From Candidatus Coatesbacteria bacterium (GTDB taxonomy: Bacteria; JAFGND01): a stretch of DNA of 64,000 nt. Made by a program: the position numbers and the translations under genes. Below, one piece after another: positions 40,370 through 50,472 of the stretch (its first letter is position 1; each line of letters starts with the position of its first letter). The stretch lies in assembly GCA_016927185.1 (NCBI GenBank), contig JAFGND010000106.1, forward strand, positions 310 to 64,309, read 5' to 3'. Under the pieces are notes generated by a model that did no database searches, was not told where the DNA came from, and saw nothing but the letters and a program-made list of their open reading frames with translations.

Positions 40370-42433
40370 ATGAAACGCAAATACCCAATTGAGAGTATTC
40401 GTAACATAGGAATAATGGCACATATTGATGCAGGAAAAACCACTGTAACTGAAAGAATATTGTATTATACTGGCAAAACCCATAGGATGGGAGAAGTTCA
40501 TGATGGTACTGCAACAATGGACTTTCTTGACCAGGAAAGATTGAGGGGAATAACTATTACAAGTGCAGCTACAACTTGTTTCTGGCAGGAAAAACAGATA
40601 AATATTATAGATACTCCTGGTCATGTAGATTTTACAGCTGAAGTGGAGCGTTCCCTGCGTGTTCTGGATAGTGCTATTGCCGTACTTGACGGAGTAAACG
40701 GCGTTGAAGCACAGACAGAAACAGTATGGTATCAAGCAGAGAAATATGCTGTTCCCAGGCTGATTTTCATAAACAAGATGGATAAAATGGGAGCTGATTT
40801 CAAGGCATCCGTAGAGACTATTGTAAGCAAATTGAAAGGCAATCCTATTATTTGTCAGATACCGATTGGAGAAGGAGAAAACTTTACCGGAGTAATAGAC
40901 TTGTTATTGAATAAGGCGATTTATTTCGAGAGGGAGAGTCTTGGAGCAAGCGTAGTAATAAAAGATATTCCTGAAAATAACAGGGAAAATGTGGATCTTG
41001 AAAGAGCTCATCTATTTGAAATTATCGCTCAGGAGGATGAAGATTCTCTAGAGGAATACTCTTCAACTGGATATTTGACTGTTGAGACTGCAAAAAAAGT
41101 GATAAGAAAACTCACGATTGAGAACAAAGCTCAACCAGTATTTCTTGGTTCTGCTCTGCAGAATATTGGTATACAACCTTTGCTGGATGCAGTAATTGAT
41201 TATCTTCCTTCACCAGCTGATTTAGATAGCATAACTGGTACAGATTTGGAGGGAAAGGAAGTACAGAGAAATCTTGAAGATACTGATCCATTATGCGCTT
41301 TCTGTTTCAAGATAGTCATTGATGAGCATGGTAAGCTGGCATTTTTCAGGATTTATTCTGGAACATTGTCAAATGGGCAAAAAGTCAGAAATCCAAGGCA
41401 GAAACTAACTTACAAAATTGGAAATCTATTCCAGCTTCATGCCCAGAAAAGAATCAGGATAATGCAGGGATATAGTGGCGAAATAGTTGCTGTAACTGGC
41501 ATCAAGCAGATATCAACCGGTGATACAATAACAACCGAGGAATCTCAGGTTATCCTTGAACCAGCTGTTTTTCCTGAACCCATGGTTACAAGAGCAATTG
41601 AACCTAAAACACAGGTCAGCGAAGAACAACTCAAGGCAACTCTCAACGTATTAATGGAGGAAGATCCGACATTCAGGACAATGACTAATCAGGAAACAGG
41701 TCAGTTATTGATAGCAGGTATGGGAGAGCTTCATCTGGAGATAATAACAGACAGACTTATTAATGATTTCAAGGTTCCTGCAAATGTAGGTCCTCCACAA
41801 GTTGCTTACAAGGAATCAATTGAGTCTTGTGGTGAAGCAATTGAGCATTTCAGGAAGGATATTCAAGGAAAGTGGCATCAGGCAAAGATAACTGTATCGG
41901 TGTCTCCACTGTTAAACAAGGAAAGATTGAAAATTGAGAAAGATATATCTCATGAATCTGAAGCATATTCAGATGCGATATTTGCAGGAATAGATGAAGC
42001 AATGGCAGCAGGACCGCTTTTTGGATTCCCCATGTTTGGAGTTTCGGTGATAGCTTCTCATGCTGAAGTTAATCTCGAAGAATCAGATGATCTGGCATTC
42101 AAGATGGCATCTTATTATGCATCGAAGAACGCAATTTCGAAAGCCTCTCCTGTGCTTCTTGAACCAGTAATGAAAGTGATTATCCAGACGCCCGAGGCAT
42201 TTGTTGGCGAGATAATCAAGGATATAAATGCCAAAAGAGCAATTATTGAAAATACTTTGGTGAAACAGGAATTCCAGATAATTGAAGCTCTTGTTCCATT
42301 AAGGGTAATGTTTGGTTATGCAACTCAAGTCAGATCCCTGTCCAAGGGAAGAGCAAGTTTCTCAATGGAGTTTCATGCATATAAACCAGTGCCTAAACAA
42401 GTATTAAATGAGCTGGAGGAAAAATGGTGTTGA
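40370..42433 (+). CDS. fusA: Elongation factor G family GTPase with divergent domain IV
   Basis: RNIGIMAHIDAGKTT, RGITI, DTPGHVDF, NKMD, GMGELHLEI, LLEPVM. Confidence 0.9.
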   Translation: MKRKYPIESIRNIGIMAHIDAGKTTVTERILYYTGKTHRMGEVHDGTATMDFLDQERLRGITITSAATTCFWQEKQINIIDTPGHVDFTAEVERSLRVLDSAIAVLDGVNGVEAQTETVWYQAEKYAVPRLIFINKMDKMGADFKASVETIVSKLKGNPIICQIPIGEGENFTGVIDLLLNKAIYFERESLGASVVIKDIPENNRENVDLERAHLFEIIAQEDEDSLEEYSSTGYLTVETAKKVIRKLTIENKAQPVFLGSALQNIGIQPLLDAVIDYLPSPADLDSITGTDLEGKEVQRNLEDTDPLCAFCFKIVIDEHGKLAFFRIYSGTLSNGQKVRNPRQKLTYKIGNLFQLHAQKRIRIMQGYSGEIVAVTGIKQISTGDTITTEESQVILEPAVFPEPMVTRAIEPKTQVSEEQLKATLNVLMEEDPTFRTMTNQETGQLLIAGMGELHLEIITDRLINDFKVPANVGPPQVAYKESIESCGEAIEHFRKDIQGKWHQAKITVSVSPLLNKERLKIEKDISHESEAYSDAIFAGIDEAMAAGPLFGFPMFGVSVIASHAEVNLEESDDLAFKMASYYASKNAISKASPVLLEPVMKVIIQTPEAFVGEIIKDINAKRAIIENTLVKQEFQIIEALVPLRVMFGYATQVRSLSKGRASFSMEFHAYKPVPKQVLNELEEKWC

Positions 42434-42523
42434 CAAGAAAAAACTCGTTTTCATAGCCTGACATCCTTGCATTTAAAGGAAATAGAGAGATGAAAATACA
42501 AATAGTTGATCAAGGAGGAAAAT

Positions 42524-42832
42524 TTGGCAGCTGAAAGGATCAGAATAAGGCTAAAAGCTTATGATAATCGCCTGATAGACAGATCAGTCAGATTGATTGT
42601 AGATACAGTTAGAAGAACTAATGCCAGAATTGCAGGCCCAATTCCATTGCCAACCAGAAGAAAAGTCTATACTGTACTTCGTTCTCCTCATGTTGACAAG
42701 AAGAGCAGAGAGCAGTTTGAGATGCGAATTCATAAGCGTCTTATTGATGTCCATAATCCAACTGAAAGAACAATAGAAGAATTCAATCGTCTGGAGCTTC
42801 CCCCAGGAGTAGATATTGAAATTAAATTTTAG
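42524..42832 (+). CDS. rpsJ: 30S ribosomal protein S10
   Basis: [30 protein letters not shown]; TTG start after AGGAGG. Confidence 0.97.
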   Translation: MAAERIRIRLKAYDNRLIDRSVRLIVDTVRRTNARIAGPIPLPTRRKVYTVLRSPHVDKKSREQFEMRIHKRLIDVHNPTERTIEEFNRLELPPGVDIEIKF

Positions 42833-42859
42833 CATGAAATAAGGATAAAGAGGTTTGAC

Positions 42860-43492
42860 ATGTTAGGTTTACTAGGTAAAAAGATAGGCATGACAAGGAT
42901 TTACAACAAAGATGGAGTTGTCATTCCTGTTACCGTTATTGAAGCCGGACCTTGCACGGTTATACAAATGAAAACACTGGATAAAGATAAATATAATGCC
43001 TTGAAGGTTGGTTATGAAAATATTTCAGAGAATAAAATCAATCTTCCAAAGAAAAAGCAGTTCGAAAAGGTTTCTTTAAAACCAATGAAATTCCTCAAGG
43101 AATTCAGGTTAAGGAATCCTCTCTTTAAGAACGAATACAAGATAGGACAGCAATTGAAAGTTGATATTTTCAAGATAGGTGAAAAAGTTAAGATATCAGG
43201 AACATCAAAGGGACATGGATTTCAGGGAGTTGTAAAAAGACATGGGTTTTCTGGTGGAGATGAAGCTCATGGCTGCAAATCCAAGAGAGTCCCAGGTTCT
43301 ATCGGTCAATGCCAGACACCTGGACATGTAATAAAAGGCAAAAAACTTCCAGGTCATTTTGGAAACAAGAAGATCTCTGTTCTTAAACTCGAGATTGTCG
43401 GGATAGACCTGGAGAAGAATTTGCTGATAATCAAAGGTGCTGTTCCTGGAGCTAACAAAGGTCTGCTAAGAATAGAAAAGATGGAGAATTAA
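42860..43492 (+). CDS. rplC: 50S ribosomal protein L3
   Basis: GKKIGMT, SKGHGFQGVVKRH, KGAVPG. Confidence 0.97.
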   Translation: MLGLLGKKIGMTRIYNKDGVVIPVTVIEAGPCTVIQMKTLDKDKYNALKVGYENISENKINLPKKKQFEKVSLKPMKFLKEFRLRNPLFKNEYKIGQQLKVDIFKIGEKVKISGTSKGHGFQGVVKRHGFSGGDEAHGCKSKRVPGSIGQCQTPGHVIKGKKLPGHFGNKKISVLKLEIVGIDLEKNLLIIKGAVPGANKGLLRIEKMEN

Positions 43493-43494
43493 TA

Positions 43495-44148
43495 ATGAAA
43501 GCAGAATTATTGAATAATAACGGGGAAAAAATAGATGATATTGAAATCAGTGACTATGTTTTTGGCATAGAACCAAACCTTCATGTAGTAACCGAGGTTG
43601 TTTGCAGTATCAGGGATAACATGAGACAAGGAAATGCTTCAACAAGAATTCGCTCAACAATAGCAGGAAGCAAGAGAAAACCATGGCCACAGAAGAAATG
43701 GGGTTATGCAAGAGCTGGTTCTTATCAGAGTCCCATATGGCGTGGCGGAAGCGTAATTCACGGTCCACAGCCCAGATCATACAGGAAGAAGATAATGAAA
43801 AAAGTCAATAACCTTGCCATAAGATCTCTCTATAGTGACCGTTTCAAGGAAGGTTTGATAAAATTCACAGAGAATCTCAAATTAGAAGAACCAAAAACAA
43901 AAAAGATATCTGAACATATAAATAATTTTGCAAAGGAAGCAAGGAATATACTTTATTTGACAGGTTCGTATAAAGATTATGCAAATATATTCAGAAGTGG
44001 CAAGAATTTATCTAATCTCAGTATAAAATCAGCAAATTATGTATCAGCTTTGGATTTAATCAAAGCTGATTTTTTAATAATTACTAAGGATGGATTGAAT
44101 ATGATCCACCAGAATCTTTCAAAAGAGGTAAAAAATGGAACAATATAA
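43495..44148 (+). CDS. rplD: 50S ribosomal protein L4
   Basis: RQGNAST, KPW, SPIWRGGS, GPQPR; S10 operon position. Confidence 0.95.
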   Translation: MKAELLNNNGEKIDDIEISDYVFGIEPNLHVVTEVVCSIRDNMRQGNASTRIRSTIAGSKRKPWPQKKWGYARAGSYQSPIWRGGSVIHGPQPRSYRKKIMKKVNNLAIRSLYSDRFKEGLIKFTENLKLEEPKTKKISEHINNFAKEARNILYLTGSYKDYANIFRSGKNLSNLSIKSANYVSALDLIKADFLIITKDGLNMIHQNLSKEVKNGTI

Positions 44149-44425
44149 AATCCTGATTCGTCCTCTGTTAAGCGAGAAAACAACTGATATAAGAGAAACT
44201 CTTAATAAATATACATTCAAGGTAGCTAAAAATGCAAACAAGATTGAAATAGCAAAAGCAATTGAGAATATATTTACAGTAAAGGTGATTGATGTTAGAA
44301 CATCTACAGTAAGAGGAAAACTCAGACGTATAAGATATCGCAAGTATGGGAAAACACCTGACTGGAAAAAAGCCATTGTAACACTTAAAAAAGGCGATTC
44401 CATAAAGGTATTTGAAGGAGCATAA
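44135..44425 (+). CDS. rplW: 50S ribosomal protein L23
   Basis: PLLSEK, ANKIEI, WKKAIVTL. Confidence 0.96.
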   Translation: MEQYKILIRPLLSEKTTDIRETLNKYTFKVAKNANKIEIAKAIENIFTVKVIDVRTSTVRGKLRRIRYRKYGKTPDWKKAIVTLKKGDSIKVFEGA

Positions 44426-44434
44426 GGAGAGAAA

Positions 44435-45262
44435 ATGGGTACAAAGAAATATAAACCGTATACTCCCAGTCGCAGATATATTACTGTGAATGCTTTTGAT
44501 GAGATTACCAAAAGCACTCCAGAAAGAAACCTGATAACAAAACTTAATCGCAAGAGTGGACATAATAATACTGGTCAGATAACCATAAGACATAAAGGTG
44601 GAGGCCATAAAAGACGCTACAGGATAATCGATTTCAAGAGAAATAAGGAAGGTGTTCCATTCAAGATTAAATCCATTGAATATGACCCGAATAGAAGTGC
44701 CAATATAGCTTTATGCTTGTATAAAGATGGTGAGAAGAGATATATAATTGCTACGAAAGGTCTGCAGATTGATGAGACCTATTATAACACTAGCAATGCT
44801 GAAATAAAACCGGGGAATTGTCTCCCGCTTAAGAACATACCACTTGGAACATATATTCATTCTGTTGAATTTCAGCCTGAAAAAGGAGCCCAGATAGCAC
44901 GTGCTGCAGGTACTTATTGTCAGATTATGGCAAAGGAAGGAAATTATGCACATGTAAAGCTTCCATCTGGTGAAGTAAGATTATTCCTTCAGAATTGCAG
45001 GGCTACAATAGGGACTGTCGGTAATGTGGATCATAAAAATGTGGTTATAGGGAAAGCTGGAAGAAGCAGGCATATGGGTATAAGACCTTCAGTTCGTGGA
45101 GTAGCAATGAATCCGCATGATCATCCAATGGGTGGAGGAGAAGGTAAATCTAGTGGTGGAAGACACCCATGTACTCCCTGGGGTAAACCTACAAAAGGAC
45201 TGAGGACAAGAAAAAAGAAGGCATCAGATAAGTTTATTGTAAGAAGAAGATATGCAAAATAG
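44435..45262 (+). CDS. rplB: 50S ribosomal protein L2
   Basis: [26 protein letters not shown]. Confidence 0.98.
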   Translation: MGTKKYKPYTPSRRYITVNAFDEITKSTPERNLITKLNRKSGHNNTGQITIRHKGGGHKRRYRIIDFKRNKEGVPFKIKSIEYDPNRSANIALCLYKDGEKRYIIATKGLQIDETYYNTSNAEIKPGNCLPLKNIPLGTYIHSVEFQPEKGAQIARAAGTYCQIMAKEGNYAHVKLPSGEVRLFLQNCRATIGTVGNVDHKNVVIGKAGRSRHMGIRPSVRGVAMNPHDHPMGGGEGKSSGGRHPCTPWGKPTKGLRTRKKKASDKFIVRRRYAK

Positions 45263-45277
45263 AAAAGGGGAAGAATA

Positions 45278-45568
45278 ATGCCACGATCCTTAAAAAAAGG
45301 GCCATTTTGCTTTGAAAAACTTGTAAAGAGGATACAAGAACTTAATGAAAAGAATGAAAAAAGACCTATAAAAACCTGGAGCAGAAGATCAATGATACTT
45401 CCTGAGTTTGTTGGACACACATTCAATGTTCATAATGGACATAAATTCATTCCAGTTTTTGTAGCTGAAAATATGGTAGGGCATAAACTTGGAGAATTTG
45501 CTCCTACTAGGCTATTTCGCAGTCATGGTGGGAAAAAAGAGAAAACAGCCAAAAAAGGAAAGAAGTAA
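45278..45568 (+). CDS. rpsS: 30S ribosomal protein S19
   Basis: [25 protein letters not shown]. Confidence 0.98.
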   Translation: MPRSLKKGPFCFEKLVKRIQELNEKNEKRPIKTWSRRSMILPEFVGHTFNVHNGHKFIPVFVAENMVGHKLGEFAPTRLFRSHGGKKEKTAKKGKK

Positions 45569-45580
45569 GGAGCTATAAAG

Positions 45581-45976
45581 ATGAAAGTAGAAAGTCATGC
45601 AATTGGCAAACGATTACCTGTGTCTGAACTGAAAGCAAGACTTATAGTGGATAATGTAAGAGGTATGGGAGCTGAAAGAGCAATCAGTTATCTAGAACAT
45701 TTTCCTAATAAAAGTGCAAGATATATCAGCAAGATAATAAGCTCAGCTGTAGCAAACCTGACTGTTAAAGTAGCTGCAGGCAAGAAAATTGACGAAGAAA
45801 AGCTGTTAATAGAAAAAATAACAGTAGATAAGGGACCTGTACGCAGTATGCGCAGGGCAAGGACAAGAGCTCGCTACAAGAAGAAGAAATTCAGATCCCC
45901 ACTCTGCAGAAGACCAAGCTGTAATATAAGTGTATATATTACTGGTGAAGAATTGGAATCAAAATCTGATAAATAA
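45581..45976 (+). CDS. rplV: 50S ribosomal protein L22 with divergent hairpin loop
   Basis: KARLIVDNVRG, SAVAN, VDKGP; between rpsS and rpsC. Confidence 0.92.
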   Translation: MKVESHAIGKRLPVSELKARLIVDNVRGMGAERAISYLEHFPNKSARYISKIISSAVANLTVKVAAGKKIDEEKLLIEKITVDKGPVRSMRRARTRARYKKKKFRSPLCRRPSCNISVYITGEELESKSDK

Positions 45977-45988
45977 ATAAGGAGAAAG

Positions 45989-46693
45989 ATGGGACAAAAA
46001 ACAAATCCAATTGGCTTTCGTTTAGGAATCAATCAGAAATGGACTTCAGTCTGGTTTGCTTCACAGAAGTATAAGGAGTTCCTTGAAGAAGATCTCAAGA
46101 TAAGAAAATATCTTAATGCAAGAAGATACTTGACTGCAAGAGCTGGAGGAAAGCCTGAAGTTACAAAAGGAGGCATGGGTGTTGGCTATAAGGAAGCTCT
46201 ATTAAGCAAGATAGAGATTCATAGATTACCACAGCATATCAAAGTAACACTCCATACAGCGAGACCTGGAATAATAATCGGAAAAAAAGGTACTAATGTA
46301 GAGTATCTTAAATATGAGCTTGAGAAATTGACTGGCAAGAAAGTCAGTATTGATATAAATGAGATTAAATTTGAACAACTTGATGCTTTCTTGATAGCTC
46401 TGGATATAGCAAAAAAACTTGAAGAAAGACAGAGTTACAAGAGATCCATGAAGAAATCAATAGCAAATGCTATAAGGGCAGGAGCAAAAGGCATAAAGAT
46501 AAGACTTGCAGGTCGTTTGAATGGTGCTGAGATGAGAAGAAGGGAAGAGGAAAAACAGGGAAGAATTCCTTTGCATACAATAAGAGCTGACATAAACTAT
46601 GCATCAATTGTGGCACATACAAATGCTGGATGCATAGGTGTAAAAGTATGGATTTATAATGGTGAAATATATGACTTCAAGGAGAGGGTTTAA
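45989..46693 (+). CDS. rpsC: 30S ribosomal protein S3
   Basis: MGQKTNPIGFRLG, ARPGIIIGKKG, GRIPLHT. Confidence 0.97.
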   Translation: MGQKTNPIGFRLGINQKWTSVWFASQKYKEFLEEDLKIRKYLNARRYLTARAGGKPEVTKGGMGVGYKEALLSKIEIHRLPQHIKVTLHTARPGIIIGKKGTNVEYLKYELEKLTGKKVSIDINEIKFEQLDAFLIALDIAKKLEERQSYKRSMKKSIANAIRAGAKGIKIRLAGRLNGAEMRRREEEKQGRIPLHTIRADINYASIVAHTNAGCIGVKVWIYNGEIYDFKERV

Positions 46694-46696
46694 TTT

Positions 46697-47110
46697 ATGT
46701 TAATGCCCAAAAAGGTAAAATTCAGGAAAGTCCATAGAGGAAGAAGAAGAGGCAAGGCATATAGAGGTTCTACTGTTGCCTTTGGTGAATACGGACTTCA
46801 AGCTATGGAAAACGGCTGGATTGACAGTAAGCAAATAGAAGCAGCCCGTGTAGCTTTGACTAGATACATGAAACGTGGCGGAAAAGTCTGGATAAGAATA
46901 TTTCCGGACAAATCTATTACTATTAAACCAGCAGATACGCGTATGGGAAAAGGGAAAGGTGCTCCAGATAAATGGGTAGCAGTTATCAAACCCGGGAGGA
47001 TAATTTTCGAGGTGGAAGGTGTTCAGGAAGAAGTGGCAGCTGAAGCAATGAGACTTGCTGCAAACAAACTTCCTCTTAAAACCAAATTTGTTCACCGTAT
47101 TGAAGATTGA
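46697..47110 (+). CDS. rplP: 50S ribosomal protein L16
   Basis: [21 protein letters not shown]. Confidence 0.98.
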   Translation: MLMPKKVKFRKVHRGRRRGKAYRGSTVAFGEYGLQAMENGWIDSKQIEAARVALTRYMKRGGKVWIRIFPDKSITIKPADTRMGKGKGAPDKWVAVIKPGRIIFEVEGVQEEVAAEAMRLAANKLPLKTKFVHRIED

Positions 47111-47124
47111 TTATGAGGTAGAAT

Positions 47125-47322
47125 ATGAAAATGCATGAATTAAGGGAATTATCAGATAATGACTTAAAAGCAAGATTGAAAGAGACCATAGAGAATCAAT
47201 TCACTTTAAGGTTTCAATCAGCAACTACTCCTCTTGATAATCCGCTAAAACTGAGGGAAAACAGGAAAGTCATAGCAAGGATTTTGACTATATTACAGGA
47301 ACGCAAAAAAGGAAAGAAGTAG
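47125..47322 (+). CDS. rpmC: 50S ribosomal protein L29
   Basis: ELRELS, LRFQ, IARILT. Confidence 0.95.
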   Translation: MKMHELRELSDNDLKARLKETIENQFTLRFQSATTPLDNPLKLRENRKVIARILTILQERKKGKK

Positions 47323-47334
47323 GAAAAGGTTACT

Positions 47335-47589
47335 ATGCAAAGGCATATCAGAAAAACACAAATAGGTATGGTTGTAAGTGATAAGATGGATAAAACTGTT
47401 GTAGTTAATGTTACTCGAGATTTTATGCATCCGCTATATAAAAAGGTTGTCAGGATCAAGAAGAAAATAAAAGCGCATGATGAAAAGAATGAATGTCATA
47501 TTGGTGATAGGGTTTTACTTATGGAAACAAGACCAATATCCAAGGAAAAACATTGGCGAGTAACTGAAATAATTGAGAGAGCCAAATAA
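47335..47589 (+). CDS. rpsQ: 30S ribosomal protein S17
   Basis: [25 protein letters not shown]. Confidence 0.97.
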   Translation: MQRHIRKTQIGMVVSDKMDKTVVVNVTRDFMHPLYKKVVRIKKKIKAHDEKNECHIGDRVLLMETRPISKEKHWRVTEIIERAK

Positions 47590-47600
47590 GGAGAATCATA

Positions 47601-47969
47601 ATGATTCAGATGAGGACAATGTTAACAATAGCTGACAATTCTGGAGGGAAAAAGGCTCAATGTATAAAAGTCTTGGGCGGAACCAGAAGAAGATACGCAA
47701 GCGTGGGGGATATTATAGTAGTTGCTATAAAATCTGCGATACCAGGCGGAATAGTCAAGAAAGGTGATGTAGCAAAAGCTGTTGTTGTAAGAACAAAGAA
47801 AGAAGTTAAAAGAAAAGACGGAAGTTATATAAGATTTGATGATAATGCAATAGTAATAATAAATGAGCTAAAAGAACCTAAGGCAAGCCGTATTTTTGGT
47901 CCTATTGCAAGGGAATTAAGGGAAAAAGAATACATGAAGATCGTTTCACTTGCTCCAGAGGTGCTTTAA
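47601..47969 (+). CDS. rplN: 50S ribosomal protein L14
   Basis: ADNSG, CIKVLGG, SLAPEVL. Confidence 0.98.
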   Translation: MIQMRTMLTIADNSGGKKAQCIKVLGGTRRRYASVGDIIVVAIKSAIPGGIVKKGDVAKAVVVRTKKEVKRKDGSYIRFDDNAIVIINELKEPKASRIFGPIARELREKEYMKIVSLAPEVL

Positions 47970-47980
47970 AAGGAGAATTT

Positions 47981-48307
47981 ATGAAAATTCGCAAGGGTGA
48001 CAGTGTAATGGTAATTGCAGGAAAAGGAAGTCATACCAAGCAAAAGGGAAAGGTTCTGAAAGTCATAAAAGACAAGAATAGAGTTATAGTGCAAGGCGTT
48101 AATCTGAGAAAAAAGCATACCCGTCCTTCTACCAAGAATCAGCAGGGTGGTATAATTGAACGTGAGCAACCAATACATATATCAAATGTGATGATTGTTT
48201 GCAGCAAGTGCTCAAAACCAACTCGAATCAAGATGGAAAAGGCAGAACAAGGTGGAAATTACAGAGTTTGTAAAAGATGCGGTGCTGTAATTCTTGATCA
48301 GTCCTAG
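47981..48307 (+). CDS. rplX: 50S ribosomal protein L24
   Basis: KGDSVMVIAGK, GGIIE, PIHISNV. Confidence 0.97.
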   Translation: MKIRKGDSVMVIAGKGSHTKQKGKVLKVIKDKNRVIVQGVNLRKKHTRPSTKNQQGGIIEREQPIHISNVMIVCSKCSKPTRIKMEKAEQGGNYRVCKRCGAVILDQS

Positions 48308-48314
48308 GGAGTAG

Positions 48315-48863
48315 ATGATGGAAAAAGCAAGAGTAAAAAAGATATTTGAAGAGAAGGTAGTTCCAAAACTTATGGAACAATTCAATTACAAAAATGTTAT
48401 GCAGGTTCCTAAAATTGAAAAGATTATAGTTAATATGCGTTGTGGAGATTCAATTCAAAACAAAGCTTTTCTTGATGAAGCACTTGCTGATTTGATAAAG
48501 ATATCAGGGCAAGCTCCATCTATAAGGAAAGCAAAATTAAGCGTTGCTAACTTCAAACTGAGAAAAGGAATGCCAGTAGGAGTTGCAGTAACGCTGAGAA
48601 AAAACAGAATGTGGGAATTCTTTGACAGGCTAGTTAATATAGCTATCCCAAGGGTACGTGACTTCAGGGGACTTAATCCAAAGGGATTTGATAGCTATGG
48701 AAATTATAATTTTGGAATAAAGGAACATATCATTTTCCCTGAAATAGACTATGACAAGGTTACTAAAATCAGGGGTATGGATATATGTATTGTAACAACA
48801 GCAAAAACAGATGATGAGGCATTCTTCCTTTTAAAGGAACTTGGAGTACCATTCAGAAAGTAA
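48315..48863 (+). CDS. rplE: 50S ribosomal protein L5
   Basis: [23 protein letters not shown]. Confidence 0.97.
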   Translation: MMEKARVKKIFEEKVVPKLMEQFNYKNVMQVPKIEKIIVNMRCGDSIQNKAFLDEALADLIKISGQAPSIRKAKLSVANFKLRKGMPVGVAVTLRKNRMWEFFDRLVNIAIPRVRDFRGLNPKGFDSYGNYNFGIKEHIIFPEIDYDKVTKIRGMDICIVTTAKTDDEAFFLLKELGVPFRK

Positions 48864-48880
48864 GAAAGGGGATTCTGAGA

Positions 48881-49066
48881 ATGGCAAAAAAAGCTTTGGT
48901 CGAAAAGAGCAGGAGAAAGGTTAAATTCAAGACTCGTAAATATTTCAGATGCATTGTATGCGGGCGTCCCAGAGGATATTACAGAGATTTTGGTTTATGC
49001 AGAATTTGTTTCAGAAGAATGGCATTACAAGGGCTTTTGCCAGGTATTAGAAAAGCAAGTTGGTAG
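48881..49066 (+). CDS. rpsN: 30S ribosomal protein S14 (zinc-binding type Z)
   Basis: [20 protein letters not shown]. Confidence 0.97.
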   Translation: MAKKALVEKSRRKVKFKTRKYFRCIVCGRPRGYYRDFGLCRICFRRMALQGLLPGIRKASW

Positions 49067-49078
49067 GAGGCTAGGATA

Positions 49079-49474
49079 ATGATTACAGATCCAATTGCTG
49101 ATATGTTGACTCGTATTAGAAATGCCAGTCTAGTAAAAAAACAGGTTGTTGATATTCCTTCTTCGAGATTGAAGGAGAAGATCTTGAATATAATGAAAAG
49201 AGAAGGTTTTATCAATAACTTCAAGAAAATAGAACAGAAACCACAAGGTATATTAAGAATTTTTCTTTTATATACGCCTGAAGGTCATCCTTATGTTCTC
49301 GGTTCTAAAAGGATTAGCAGACCTGGAAGAAGAGTTTATATATCAAAGGAGAAAGTAAAGAAAGTATATAATGGCTATGGTATGGCAATTCTTACAACTT
49401 CCAAGGGAGTTCTTACAGATAAAGAAGCTAAGGAACTTGGAGTAGGTGGCGAGGTATTGTGCCATATCTGGTAA
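49079..49474 (+). CDS. rpsH: 30S ribosomal protein S8
   Basis: DPIADMLTRIRN, SRPGRRVY, GGEV. Confidence 0.97.
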   Translation: MITDPIADMLTRIRNASLVKKQVVDIPSSRLKEKILNIMKREGFINNFKKIEQKPQGILRIFLLYTPEGHPYVLGSKRISRPGRRVYISKEKVKKVYNGYGMAILTTSKGVLTDKEAKELGVGGEVLCHIW

Positions 49475-49486
49475 TGGAGGATAATC

Positions 49487-50053
49487 GTGTCACGTATAGG
49501 ATATAAACCAATAGAAATTCCTGCTGGTGTAAAAGCAATTATAGAGAAAGACAAGCTTATTATCAAAGGGGTAAAAGGTGAACTAGAAAGCCCAATACCT
49601 CAGGGAATTACTGCGAAATGTGAGAATAATATTCTCAGATTTGGAAGAGATTCTGATATAAAACAAATAAAAGCTCTGCATGGACTTACAAGAGCTCTTG
49701 CCATGAATTCAATAATTGGAGTAACAGAAGGATTTTCAAGAAAAATGGAAATTGTAGGAGTAGGTTATAAAATTTCAGTAGAAGGAAAAACAGCGGTTTT
49801 CAGTCTTGGATATGCACATCCAATTATTTACCACATTCCTGAAGGTATAGAGATAGAGGTAAATGCATCGGATAAAAATCCGGAGAATATACCAAGAGCA
49901 AATTTTATAGTCAAATCAATAGACAAGCATTTGCTTGGTGATTTTGTTTCAAAAATAAGAAAATTGAGAAAACCTGAACCTTATAAGGGAAAAGGTATAA
50001 GGTATTCTGATGAAAAACTTATAAGAAAAGCTGGAAAGAGTGGTGCCAAATAG
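49487..50053 (+). CDS. rplF: 50S ribosomal protein L6
   Basis: SRIG, GVGY, PEPYKGKGIRY. Confidence 0.97.
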   Translation: MSRIGYKPIEIPAGVKAIIEKDKLIIKGVKGELESPIPQGITAKCENNILRFGRDSDIKQIKALHGLTRALAMNSIIGVTEGFSRKMEIVGVGYKISVEGKTAVFSLGYAHPIIYHIPEGIEIEVNASDKNPENIPRANFIVKSIDKHLLGDFVSKIRKLRKPEPYKGKGIRYSDEKLIRKAGKSGAK

Positions 50054-50061
50054 GAGGGATC

Positions 50062-50454
50062 ATGAAGAAGAGAATACATAGTACAAGATTGGCTGGCAGA
50101 ACGAGGCGCCATGAAAGAATAAGGAAAAAGATTGATGGGACTTCAGAAAGACCAAGAGTTGTTATAAATAGAACCTTGAAGCATTTTTATGCACAGGCTA
50201 TTGATGATTCGACAGGAAAAACAATATTATCAATGACAACGAATAGCAAGACTTTCATGAAAAGCTTCAAGGAACAGGATTTCAAGGATCTTTCTGGTAA
50301 AACGAAATTGGCTGCAAAGCTGGGGCAGGTTTTTGCAATCAAGGCTTTAAAACTAGAGATAAAAAGTGTGGTTTTTGATAGAAACGGTTTTAAATATCAT
50401 GGACGTGTTAAAGCATTTGCTGATGAATTACGCAGTAATGGACTTGACTTTTAG
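50062..50454 (+). CDS. rplR: 50S ribosomal protein L18
   Basis: GTSERPR, VFDRNGFKYHGRV. Confidence 0.96.
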   Translation: MKKRIHSTRLAGRTRRHERIRKKIDGTSERPRVVINRTLKHFYAQAIDDSTGKTILSMTTNSKTFMKSFKEQDFKDLSGKTKLAAKLGQVFAIKALKLEIKSVVFDRNGFKYHGRVKAFADELRSNGLDF

Positions 50455-50472
50455 AAAGGGGAAAGTCAAATA

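Noticed and set aside
40242-42465. CCTGACATC present upstream of both fusA (40242) and rpsJ (42457)
   Set aside because: A 9-nt match can arise by chance and has no further support
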